Assembly: GCF_006345805.1 (NCBI RefSeq)
Contig: NW_021834406.1
Coordinates: 1 to 49,555 of the forward strand
DNA: 49,555 nt
Reading direction: 5' to 3'
Origin: Octopus sinensis
Lineage: Eukaryota
Positions 11,482-22,454 of the stretch are shown piece after piece. How positions within the stretch are numbered: position 1 is the first letter of the stretch; each line of letters begins with the position of its first letter. The notes below the pieces were generated by a model. That model ran no database searches. It worked only from the letters and a program-made list of their open reading frames with translations, and was not told the DNA's origin. Both the position numbers and the translations under genes were made by a program.

Positions 11482-11597
11482 GGTGAAGGGCACAGCCTAG
11501 TGGTTAGTGCGTTGCACACACGATCGCAAGATCATCGTTTCGGTTCCTGGACCGAGTGGAGCGTTGTGTTCTTGGGCAAAACACTTCATCTCACAAG
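11482..11597 (+). mobile_element. CORE-type tRNA-derived SINE head
   Basis: TAGTGGTTAG A-box-like, TTCGGTTCC B-box-like, then TTGTGTTCTTGGGCAAAACACTTCATCTCAC (CORE-like), as at 19120-19250. Confidence 0.65.
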
Positions 11598-11738
11598 TAC
11601 GTGTACTTCATTACTGTTTATGTATGCGCGAGTGTGTGTACATTCCATGTTTATATATGTATATGTGATTGTGTGCGGGTTTCAGGCCCAGAATCTGAAA
11701 TGGAGAATAATTGGCTGATTTTGACCAAGTTGCCACTA

Positions 11739-11835
11739 CGTAACTTAGCGGTTCGGCTAACAAAGAATAAGTCCTGGGTCGATTTGCTCAACTAAAGGCG
11801 GTGCTCCAGCATGGCCACAGTCAAATGACTGAAAC
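11739..11835 (+). mobile_element. SINE family B 3' end
   Basis: CGTAACTTAGCGGTTCGGC..AAAGAATAAGTCCTGGG..AAAGGCGGTGCTCCAGCATGGCC..TCAAATGACTGAAACA. Confidence 0.85.
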
Positions 11836-11923
11836 ACACATACACATACAAATGACCGAAACACACACACATACACGCATATATATATCTGTGTACATAT
11901 AAGTACAAATATGTATGTGTAGG

Positions 11924-11975
<52 letters not shown>

Positions 11976-12222
11976 GTTTAACTAATGAGGGTAGCAATTA
12001 ATATTAATCAATTAAAACCAGTGACTTAGCATATTTAAAAACCCGAAGATTAAAAATTATATTACATACAAAATTAAGAAAAGTGGACTCCTAATATGCT
12101 AAATATAGACGTCAAATCGCTTTACAACGAAGAGTGTGTTCTCAAGAAAAATTTCAGCAAAACGCCAGAATGTAAAAATAAGCAGAGCAAATGAAAATAT
12201 ACGAAATAAAGAAAATGATTAC

Positions 12223-12288
12223 CTACGTACCAATGGTGTCGCTTGTGAATATTTACGAATGTAAATATCTGCAAGCTCATCAGCATAG
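12223..12288 (-). ncRNA. Type I hammerhead ribozyme motif, one core substitution (GAAA>GACA)
   Basis: Minus strand: CTATG-CTGATGA-GCTTG..CAAGC-GACA-CCATTGG-TA-CGTAG; helices I, II and III all pair. Confidence 0.7.
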
Positions 12289-12411
12289 TCTGTCGCTGAC
12301 AAAACACAGTTTCCAGAACAAGACACAGAACACACTCTCCGTGGTAAGGCGATATTTACGTCTATTTTTAGCATATTAGCAGTCCACTTTGGTGGTCATT
12401 CCTCTTAATTT

Positions 12412-12448
<37 letters not shown>

Positions 12449-12565
12449 ATACATATACATTATATATGCAGTGAGAGAGTGAAAATGAAAAGAGAAAGCA
12501 AGAGATTCATAAGTACATATATATATGCATGTGCGTGTGTACGTGTGTGTGAGCGTGTGCGTGTT

Positions 12566-12620
<55 letters not shown>

Positions 12621-12621
<1 letters not shown>

Positions 12622-13151
12622 GATAACAGGAGTTTTTTCCCAATCACCAAAATGAAAAATGCCTGAAGCATTGGCCATAAAGAACTGATATCATCACACA
12701 ATATCCGACGACCATTGGTTGTTTCGACCCTGAACTGTAATACCCACCTTGATGCGTCAGCTGAGGTGCTCCTCATCGCTTCCTCACTTTCAGCTGAACT
12801 CTTATCTCTTGTTCTATAACCAACAAGTGGCTCTTTCAGCTACCTGTCCCATCATGTGCACAATCACCCTTCGCTCAATTCCCCTCATTCTTGTGACCGT
12901 AAGCATACTCCATACCGAGAGGGCAGGGAATCCACTAGATAAGGCCGTGACTACCTTCCCTTTTCCCGGCAATCTTGTACAAGGCATGCTTCAATTAGTA
13001 GGGCTGACACCGTTCTCCCCTCGGGACTCTAAACTCGATCAAGATCATTTTCTTGGTCTTTTTCAGACTACAGAATCACACCTGGCCTCAGGGTTGTATG
13101 GACAATGTGGACAAACTGTAGTCTTTAAACCAGGTCCACTTTCATATGCCA
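12621..13151 (-). mobile_element. HERO-like RLE non-LTR retrotransposon, 3' fragment
   Basis: Broken translation WHMKVDL.RLQF.HIVHTTLRP(G)VIL.SEK/TKKMILIE.RVP..LVQDCREKG..FPALSVWSML..GQVAERATCWL.NKR, the PD-(D/E)xK-type C-terminus I recognise from HERO elements; ~230-nt 3' UTR ending at (CA)n. Confidence 0.75.
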
Positions 13152-13391
13152 TGTAGAAAGGCATGTGTCATACACATACATACATATGTACATACATACA
13201 CGCACACATACACATGTATAAATATATTGTATATTTATATATATATGTATATTTACATATATTGTATATATATCTATATATATATCATATATATATAATA
13301 TATATTATATATATATGTAGGTCCCGGGTTGAGTCGGGGTTAACACAGTAAATAAGGTACTCAATACATAGCAGAGTAAATTAATTTATTC

Positions 13392-13467
13392 TATAGAGGG
13401 AGCTTCTACAGACTAGAACTGTTTCATTTGAATGAAACAGTTCTAGTCTGTAGAAGCTCCTTCTATA
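13392..13467. repeat. 36-bp-arm hairpin palindrome
   Basis: TATAGAGGGAGCTTCTACAGACTAGAACTGTTTCAT-TTGA-ATGAAACAGTTCTAGTCTGTAGAAGCTCCTTCTATA, one G-T. Confidence 0.95.
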
Positions 13468-13475
13468 AATAAATA

Positions 13476-13515
<40 letters not shown>

Positions 13516-13640
13516 TTCATATACAGATATATATGCATACATATATAGGCTGCGTGTCTGGATGTATGCTAACAAATCTGTTCTAGAACTATTAGGGAAG
13601 ATAGAGTGCAATAGAAACTGAGAAGGAGAGAGGGATAGAA

Positions 13641-13652
13641 AGATAGATAGAC

Positions 13653-13718
<66 letters not shown>
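13641..13718. repeat. (GATA)n microsatellite
   Basis: Direct inspection. Confidence 0.95.
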
Positions 13719-13719
<1 letters not shown>

Positions 13720-13964
13720 ATGTGCGTGCATGTATTTGTAATACACCCCAGCTTCCAGGAAGAACTATTAAAAGACAAGCAGAATTGGCTAAATTAATAA
13801 ATAAGAAAGTGTGCGCGGGCGAAAGTATTAAGTTACAGGTGATTTCATGCAGAGTTTATCTGTGGAACTAAAATTAATATAGCATCTTGCATCATTTGGA
13901 TAAATTCTACTTCTAACTCATTTACGTGTCAATTTAATTAAAATTATATATATATATATATATC

Positions 13965-13998
<34 letters not shown>

Positions 13999-14020
13999 TT
14001 ATTATTATTATTATTATTAC

Positions 14021-15320
14021 TTTTTTTGTCTTCTTTTCTTTCAAATTTGCTTCCATTTCTTGCCGAGTGTCTTCCCGACTCCTAGGGCAAAGAAACTCAG
14101 AGTATACATTGGTAGGCCATTAAACCAAACTCATAGTTCGTTCATTTTTTTTTTTTTAAGTTAAATTAAATACATGAGCAGCAACAGTTTTCACATCGAC
14201 ATGTTCTTCTCAATACGTGTGATGTACCAGTTAAGACAATCTTTTGCACTTCTTGCAGGGATGGTAAGCCAGGGATCATTCTCATATAATTTTCGGTTCC
14301 CTTCTTGATCATTCCTAATGCTCCTACGATCACTGGTATTGTAACCGCCTTGAGATGCCACATTTCTCAATTTCAATGAGTAGGTCTTTATATTTTTCTG
14401 AGCTTGTCACACTCTTTCGCTGAGATATTATGATCACAGGGGATGCTCATGTCGATCATAAGCAAACTTTATTGTTTTGGTCTTTCACAACAATATCTGG
14501 TTTATTGGCCTTGATGGTTCGGTCTGTATGTACTGTAAAGTCCCACAGAATGGTTACATTTTCTCCTTCAGTACACAGCCTCAGGGTGGTGATTATACCA
14601 CTTGTCGGCAGTTTTTGATATTGTAATGCCGACTTATTAGCCAGTGTAGATATTGGCCAACTCTGTCATGTCTTAATTTATACTCTACTGGTGCTAAGAC
14701 TTTACATCCAGAGATTAGGTGGTCCACTGTTTCATCATGTCATTGCAGAATCAGCATTTTGGGTCTGCTCCATTTTTCATTACATTGGCCTGGTAGTTCC
14801 GGTTAATAGGCTTTTGAGCAGCCAGGATGAAACCTTCGCTCTCTGCTTTTAGCCCTGATCTCCGTAGCCACAGATGGGTTTGCTTCTGGTCAACATCAGC
14901 TTGTTTGCTACGGGCCACATATTTGCCGTGCAGAGGTTTCTCCTCCCACCTATCAGCCAATTGCTCGTGCGCTTTTTTCGTTGCCATTATTTTCACCTTC
15001 TTTGCAACAATAGTTGCCGTACTTCCCTCGGGTTGTTCAGTTTGGGTATCCTGCACGAGATCAATAGCAAATGAAGCTTCTTTCGTCTCTCGTGATTTTC
15101 CACGAGCTTTAGCATCCAGTCATTCGTTATTTCGAGATATTTGGCCAGTCCAATTGTGGTTGTTTTGTAAGCTAGTTCAAATTGGATCAGGCCTCGACCT
15201 CCTTGGGCTCTGGGAAGGTAAAGGCGATCTACGTCTGCCTTTGGGTGGTGCATCCTATTACAACTCAGCAGCTTGCGTATTTTCCTATCTATATTCTTTA
15301 CTTCACTCATATTCCAGTTC
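14021..15320 (-). mobile_element. Dong/R4-clade non-LTR retrotransposon, 5'-truncated, pseudogenised
   Basis: HPKADVDRLYLPRAQGGRGLIQ, WLRRSGLKAESEGFILAAQ, CCHC (C.FC..TVDHLISGC), RLE (KPDIVVKD..IDMSIPCD..K) and WHLKAVTIPVIVGALG; A7 tail; (TAA)n on both sides. Confidence 0.9.
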
Positions 15321-15356
15321 TATTATTATTATTATTATTATTATTATTTTACTTAT

Positions 15357-15628
15357 GACTTATTATTTTATATTAAACATTTTAATACTTTTTGATAGTT
15401 AAAAAAATTAATAAAAAAATTAAAAGTTTAGAAATTTATAAATTCAAAATTTAAAAAATATGAAAAAAAATATAAAAATTTATAAATATAAAAAATTTTA
15501 AATTTAATAATTTAGATTTTAAATTTTATATTTTTTGTATATTATATTAATTATATTTATTTTTATGTTTTGGTTTATGTTTTTCACTGTTTGATTTGCC
15601 TAATAGTGGTTTTATCTCTAATTTATAT
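15357..15628 (+). repeat. AT-rich interspersed repeat (same family as 5340-5662 and 34412-34552)
   Basis: Visual alignment, including TTTGCCTAATAGTGGTTTTATCTCTAATTT. Confidence 0.8.
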
Positions 15629-15703
15629 TTATATTGTGAAATTTGATTTAATCTTAAATCTAATTTTTCCCTGTAAGTTTGGATTTAATACCTAATATTA
15701 TTG

Positions 15704-15707
<4 letters not shown>

Positions 15708-15761
<54 letters not shown>

Positions 15762-15805
15762 CATCATTATTATTATTATTGTTATTATTATTATTGTTAT
15801 TATTA
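15708..15805. repeat. (ATT)n microsatellite
   Basis: Direct inspection. Confidence 0.95.
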
Positions 15806-16429
15806 TATATATATATATATATATGTATTTATGTAACTTGCCTCTCTCGAACCCTAAGATGTTGCTTTTAGCAAAAGTGCTGATTCAGCAGTATCCCAGA
15901 TCAACGGTGAAGACGAGATGCATGGAAAAGATTAAATGTGCCCAGATATTTACCATTACTTTTGTCCAGCCTGGTTTACTCAGAAATCACCTATATAAAC
16001 GAGGATGCTAAGAATCGTCTGTTTATTTTGTTTATTTCCTAATATCGGAGTTATTCCCCTTCATTGCAAAGCCACCGCAACGCATGATCATACTTCGTGA
16101 TTTCTTGAATATAAGAATAATTCTTCATTTGCCGTATTTTTTAATTGCTAATTCTACCCTATGGATAATTTTTCGTCTTCTTCTTCTTCTTCTTTCTTCT
16201 TCTTCTTCTTCTTCTTCTTCTTCTTCTTTTCTCTTCTTCTTCTTCTTCTTCTTCTTCTTCTTGACTGATGAGCTCGTGAACACAGGTGAAAATCGAGAGT
16301 AGCAACAGACTGACTCAACCTACGTATATACCTAAATACATACACACACACACACAAACACTCACACATATGCATATATAATATAATATAATATAATATA
16401 ATATAATATAATATAATATAATATAGTTT

Positions 16430-16475
<46 letters not shown>

Positions 16476-16680
16476 ACACTCATACACACACAGTATAAGC
16501 ATCCATCTAAGAAATTTTGCTCACAACCGTTGGCTCGAGTTGGCTAATGCTTTTGGTTAGCAAACTCAAGCCAACGCTGGAGTGGACATTTGCCCAATAC
16601 GCCGATACGGTCGACCTATGAATTATACGGTAATGAAGAGAAGATTTTCCCGCGCAGCTAAATATCTTCCCGCATCCTTA

Positions 16681-16925
16681 CTCTTTTACTCTTTTACTTG
16701 TTTCTGTCATTTGACAGCGGCCATGCTGGAGCACCGCCTTTAATCGAGCAACTCGACCCCAGGACTTATTCTTTTTGTAAGCCCAGTACTTATTCTATCG
16801 GTCTCTTTTTTGCCGAACCGCTAAGTGATGGGGACGTAAAACACACCAGCATCGGTTGTCAGGCAATGCTAGAGGGACAAACACAGACACACAGACACAC
16901 ACACAGACACACACACACACACACA

Positions 16926-16970
<45 letters not shown>

Positions 16971-17156
16971 CATATATATATATACATATATACGACAGGC
17001 TTCTTTCAGTTTCCGTCTACCAAATCCACTCACAAGGCTTTGGTCGGCCCGAGGCTATAGTAGAAGACACTTGCCCAAGGTGCCACGCAGTGGGACTGAA
17101 CCCGGAACCATGTGGTTGGTTAGCAAGCTACTTACCACGCAGCCACTCCTGCGCCT
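16681..17156 (-). mobile_element. SINE family B, full length, well conserved
   Basis: Head GGCGCAGGAGTGGCTGCGTGGTAAGTAGC..GGTTCAGTCCCAC, CCTTGGGCAAGTGTC, internal (TA)/(CA) tract 16880-16990, tail (GTAAAAGA)n. Confidence 0.92.
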
Positions 17157-17597
17157 TATGTAATTTTTTTTCATAGACTTTCGTTTATTATTTCCATATC
17201 CAGACATCTGGAGCCACGGATCTTATTTCTGTGAGTAGTTTTATCTTTTTTTATTCATTAGATACATTTGTAATGATTTCATGCTATTAATGTTGCTATT
17301 ACTAGTGGCTTTCATGGTGTCGGTAGTGGTGTTGATGGTGACGCCGATGGTGGTGGTGGTGGTGACGGTGAGGATTCTAACATAATTATTCTTGGTGGTG
17401 AAGGCTTTCCTGATATATCTGTTTGCGCCTGATGATATCTGGTAAAAGAGCTGGTGGTAATTCTGTTATTGCTCTTGGTGGTAATGGTGGTGATGATGTT
17501 GATGGTAATGGTGATGGCCGTGGTGGTGATGGAGGTGATGGCGATATATTCGTTTCGCCTGATGATGGTGGTTAGCTGGTGGTAGTGCTACTGGTGA

Positions 17598-17820
17598 GCT
17601 GGCAGAAACGTTACCACGTCAGGCGAAATGCTTAGCGGCATTTCGTCTGCCGTTACGTTGTGAGTTCAAATTCCGCCGAGGTCGACTTTGCCTTTCATCC
17701 TTTCGGGATCGATAAATTAAGTACCAGTTACGCACTGGGGTCGATGTAATCGATTTAATACCTATGTCTGTCCTTGTTTGTCCCCTCTATGTTTAGCCCC
17801 TTGTGGGTAATAAAGAAATA
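17598..17820 (+). mobile_element. SINE family C with 17-bp target-site duplication
   Basis: GGTAGTGCTACTGGTGA at 17581-17597 and 17821-17837. Confidence 0.92.
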
Positions 17821-17964
17821 GGTAGTGCTACTGGTGAAACTGTTATTGCTCTTGATGGTGGTGGTGGTGGTGGTGATGATGTCGTCATTTTTGTGCTTGG
17901 TGTTGTTACTGGTGATGTTCTATTTTATGCATATGAGAATGTTCATGCTGGTGCTGCTGTTGAT

Positions 17965-17989
17965 GTCTTCTTCTTCTTCTTCTTTCTTC

Positions 17990-18028
<39 letters not shown>

Positions 18029-18079
18029 TTCTTCTTCATCATCATCATCATCATCATCATCATCTTCTTCTTCTTCATC

Positions 18080-18114
<35 letters not shown>

Positions 18115-18145
18115 TTTCTTCTTCTTCTTCTTCTTCTTCTTCTTC
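17965..18145. repeat. Compound (CAT)n/(CTT)n microsatellite
   Basis: Direct inspection; source of the poly-D/E/H/M pseudo-ORFs. Confidence 0.95.
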
Positions 18146-18430
18146 CAATCAGGACTCACGCCATCAGCCACAAAGAGTAATCTCTAATTCGAGCCTACTC
18201 TAAGCTACTAAGAATGCGTGTAGTTAGCTTGAAGATCCACCTACCACACGCGATAGACTGGCAGTTGCACGGGTGCAAAAACTAGGTTGTTATCCTCATT
18301 CCGTAAACCGTGGCTTTTAACGGGTGGAAAGCTGAACCATCCTTGGGTATAGAGGTTTCGCAATCTAGACTAGGGTCTGAAAGTTTACCACACCATAGTG
18401 GGTTACATCATGGTTCCTCCGCTTTGTGGC

Positions 18431-18620
18431 AGAAGTAGGAAGAAAGAATGACAGAAAGTTGTGATGAAAGAGTACAGCGGGGTTCATCCCAACCCGTTGG
18501 AGCCTCATGGAGATTAGATATTTTGCTCAATAAACACTCACAATGACCCCCGGTCCGGGAATCGAAACCGCGTTCTTACGACCGTGAGTCCGCTGCCCTA
18601 ACCACTGGGCCATTGTGCTT
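18431..18620 (-). mobile_element. SINE family A 5' half, diverged
   Basis: GGGAATCGAAACCGCG..GTCCGCTGCCCTAACCACTGGGCCATTG. Confidence 0.85.
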
Positions 18621-19119
18621 ACACTGCTGATGATGTTACTGACTTTTGTATAGTGGCAAGTCAGTGATCATCGTAATTGATGCTGGTGGGAGTAATCCAC
18701 TGATGGTGATAGGTATGGGGGAGTGACCATTAATACTCATGATGGTGATCGTTGGTTGCGATTTTAATTGAAATAGTGCTAATAGTGGCAACGGGCATGG
18801 ATGTGGAGGGGACTGACTGTATGTAGTGTTTGTAGCAACTGTGTTTATAATAATTGTGACTGTGGAGATAGTGGCTGATATCAATGTGACAGTAGTAGCT
18901 GTTGCTGGGATGGTGGTGGTCGTAATGGTTGGGGTAAAAGTTGTGGTGGTCGGAGTGCTGGCGACTTGTAATGATATAAACAGCAGCATCAGCTTCAGCT
19001 GTAGTAGTGATGATTGCGGCTTTGGTTTTTATTCAGACCCTAAATGTGACTCAATTTTGGTTCATGTGGTTGGGAAACAAAATTCCTACCAGACAGCTAC
19101 GACTGTGCCTGTATATATA

Positions 19120-19331
19120 CAGTGGTTAGGTTGTCAGCATTATGATCGTAAGATTGTGGTTTCGATTCCTGGACCGGGCGATGCATTGTGTTCTTGAGCA
19201 AAACAGTTCATTTCACGTTGCTCCAGTTTCACTCAGCTGGCAAAAATGAGTAAAGCGCGATGGACTGGCGTCCAGTCCAGCTGGGAACACATGCACCATA
19301 AGAATAGCCCCTTGTGGGCAGTAAAGAAATA
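19120..19331 (+). mobile_element. CORE-type SINE ending in the family C/Tx1 tail
   Basis: tRNA-like head, CORE-like TTCTTGAGCAAAACAGTTCATTTCACG, GCGATGGACTGGCGTCC, then AGCCCCTTGTGGGCAGTAAAGAAATA. Confidence 0.7.
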
Positions 19332-19339
19332 TATATATC

Positions 19340-19397
<58 letters not shown>

Positions 19398-19907
19398 TTA
19401 ATGTGAGGATAAGCAATTTAGGCGGGTAGATATAGAAGGAATATTTAATATATTAAATACAAAAATGCAAAAAAGTGTATATATGTTTAGATACAAAAGG
19501 GTCCGACTTGCACAGAAATGATATCAAGAATTAAAGGGGTTTTTCTCTCCTTACTATAAACACCTCAAATGTAAACATTTCTGTCATGAAGACTGGGGCT
19601 CATCTCATCCGACGAAAGAATCAATTTACAATCATTATTTTGGACCACTCAGAAACACCTGTTAGATTTGTAACATTTTCTTCATATTTCTTGATATGAT
19701 TTCTATTCTGTGTAAGTCGGACTTTTTTGTATCTAAACATATACATTTTTGGCATTTTTTTGTATTCAATGTATTAAATATTCTTTGTATATCGACCTGC
19801 TTAACGTGCTTATCCCTATATTCACTCCTGTACTCGCTCAAGTTTAAACCTCTTGATCTCAACAAGGTGTATTCTACGCAGAGAATATTTGATTCTCATC
19901 TATGAAC

Positions 19908-19916
19908 TATCTATCC

Positions 19917-20006
<90 letters not shown>

Positions 20007-20060
20007 ATATCTATCTATCTATCTATGTATCTATCTCCTTATATATATCTATATATATAT
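19908..20060. repeat. (ATCT)n/(AT)n microsatellite
   Basis: Direct inspection. Confidence 0.95.
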
Positions 20061-20090
20061 ATAACTATTGCTTAACCATTTTCTCACACT

Positions 20091-20138
20091 GTCTCCGATG
20101 AAGGGATATATAAAATATCCCGGAAACAGCTGTAAGAC
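20091..20138 (+). ncRNA. Minimal type I hammerhead ribozyme motif (U4C variant, palindromic helix III)
   Basis: GTCT-CCGATGA-A-GGGATAT-ATAAA-ATATCCC-G-GAAA-CAGCTG-TA-AGAC. Confidence 0.65.
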
Positions 20139-21390
20139 TTCTTTATAAATGTTCTGAAATCTTTCTCAACCTTGGATTTTTATCTCAATCTGTTAACTTA
20201 TATATATATATATACATACACTTAGAATTGTATATACACTCCAACAATATATCTAGTGAAAAGAACGTTGAACGTTGCTTATATGTGTCTAAAAGCATTT
20301 CTGCGTGTTTTATGGAACATTTCTGAGACGTCAAAATTTCAACTTTCGTTGAAGGCTGCATAGGAGCATAGGTTCTTTACGTACCCCTCCGGTGTTGTTA
20401 GGCAATATATAATGATCAAATTATGCCGTAGATATAATGTACAAATTTATGGTCTAATGTCTATGTAAATGAGCAGTGGACCTGTAGGATCATAAGAACA
20501 TTAATTGATAGAACTTTTTCTGCTTGGAGTTACATCTGCCTTGCATTTTTGCGGGTTATATACAATTCCATGAAAGTATTGGTGACAATTTAAACGACTA
20601 ACCACCGACCTACAGATTTCTCGTTTTGTTAAAAAACAGTTCTTATTCTTGTAATTCATGGGTGGTGAACTGGCTTATACTTTGGTGCGACGAACAAAAT
20701 ACCTTGTGGGTCTTGTTTCGGCTCATTACACTCTCTGTTCAAACTTTTCAGCCCAGCGTCAGATTTTGTTTTGCATCTTTCCAGGGTTGATTAAGTAGAG
20801 TACCAGCCAAGTTAGGATATCGGAAAAAATACTGCGGTATTTCTTGTAGCATTTTAAGAACTATGCTGAGTTCAACTTTATCTTTCATCACTTCGGGACT
20901 GATATACTAAAGTTCCAGTCAAATAATCCCTACTACAATTAGGCATAAGGCTTGAAATTAGGCAGAAGACCTGAAATTTGGTACTTATTTTCATCGACCC
21001 CGAAAGGATGAAAGGCAAAGTCGACCCGACGAAATTATAGCCAAATACTGCGATCCAAAGAATTTATTTTTCTCAAACATTCAAAACTTAGAGTAAAAAA
21101 TCAGAAGTCATTGTTAATTCATAAATTAATTAAATAACTTATTTGTTATTGTTATTATAGTTGCTGTAGTTATTAAAGCAATAAGCTGGCAGAATCGTAG
21201 CGCATCGGAAGAATCCATAGCGTTATTTCGAGTCTTTATATTCTGTGTTCAAATGCAGCCGAGGTCAAATTCGCTTTTCATGTTTCAGGACTTAAAAAAT
21301 TAAATTTCAGTCAATTAGTGGGGTCGGTGAAATTGAATTCTCTCTTCCATCACAAACTGCTGGCTGAATATTATTATTATTATTATTGCT

Positions 21391-21790
21391 AAGGCGGCGA
21401 GCAGGCAGAATCGTTCGCACGTTATTTCGACTGCTTAGCGTTATTTCGACTATCGCTACGCTCTGAGGTTAAATTCCGCCGAGGTCGACTTTGCCTTTCA
21501 TCCTGTCGGGGTCGATTAAATAAGTAGCGGTTGCGCACTGGGGTCGATATAACCGACTTAATTCCTTTGTCTGTCCTTGTTTGTCCCCTCTGTGTTTAGC
21601 CCCTTATGGGCAATAAAGAAATAAGAATCGTTAGCAGACTGGGCAAAATGCTTAGCGGTATTCCTTTCGTTTTCACGTTTTGATTTCAAATTCCGACGCA
21701 GTCGATTTTACCTTTCATTCTTTTGGGGTCGATAATAATCGACTTACCCGCTCCACCGAACTTGCTGGCCTTGTACCAAAATTTGAAATC
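21391..21790 (+). mobile_element. SINE C (21391-21623) followed by C' (21624-21790)
   Basis: Junction AAAGAAATA|AGAATCGTTAGC, the same as at 2377/2378; a further diverged C' copy lies at ~21180-21370. Confidence 0.85.
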
Positions 21791-22372
21791 ACTATTATCC
21801 TTTATTGTTGTTGTTGTTGTTATTATTATTATTAATCTCGATTCCCATTCATTCTATTATTTCCAAAATACCGAGTTGTCGTTCATTTGGTGCTGTGGTA
21901 TTGATATAGAATATTCGCCAAATTATAAGACTGCCGAAAGACGTGGTATTTTTTCTTCTTTTTTGTGTCATTCACTCAAAATAGAAACTCGCGTCTAATG
22001 AATCATATGCAGTGCCAAGGATGCCAAAATGTCTGGCATTATTCTTCAGAGAAATAGAGATAATTTTGTAGTGCACCAGGCAACGCAAGACATACGAATC
22101 AATTTGTGAATTTCACACACACACACGCTTATCCACCCACACCCACCTACACATACGCGTCCGTGTGTGTGTGCATGAGTGTGTGCGTGTGTGTATATAT
22201 ATATAATATAATTTATATATATATATATTATATTTATATATATAACAAATATATGAAATATTTTTTATCTTTATATATATATATATCGCTCTGAGATTTA
22301 TCATTATATATATATATATGTTTATAAGATATACATAAGCATTCGTTATATATATTTCACGTCTGTGTACAA

Positions 22373-22454
<82 letters not shown>

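Noticed and set aside
12680-12735. GAAAC..TGATGA order in the HERO 3' UTR suggesting a type II hammerhead
   Set aside because: C3 is missing and helices I and II do not pair.
5340-15628. 10-kb segmental duplication suggested by matching AT-rich blocks at 5.3 and 15.4 kb
   Set aside because: Similarity is confined to ~270 bp and a third inverted copy exists at 34.4 kb, so it is an interspersed repeat.
17803-18187. Poly-D/E, poly-H, poly-M/K ORFs
   Set aside because: Translations of (CAT)n/(CTT)n microsatellite, open in several frames on both strands, with no splice or domain support.
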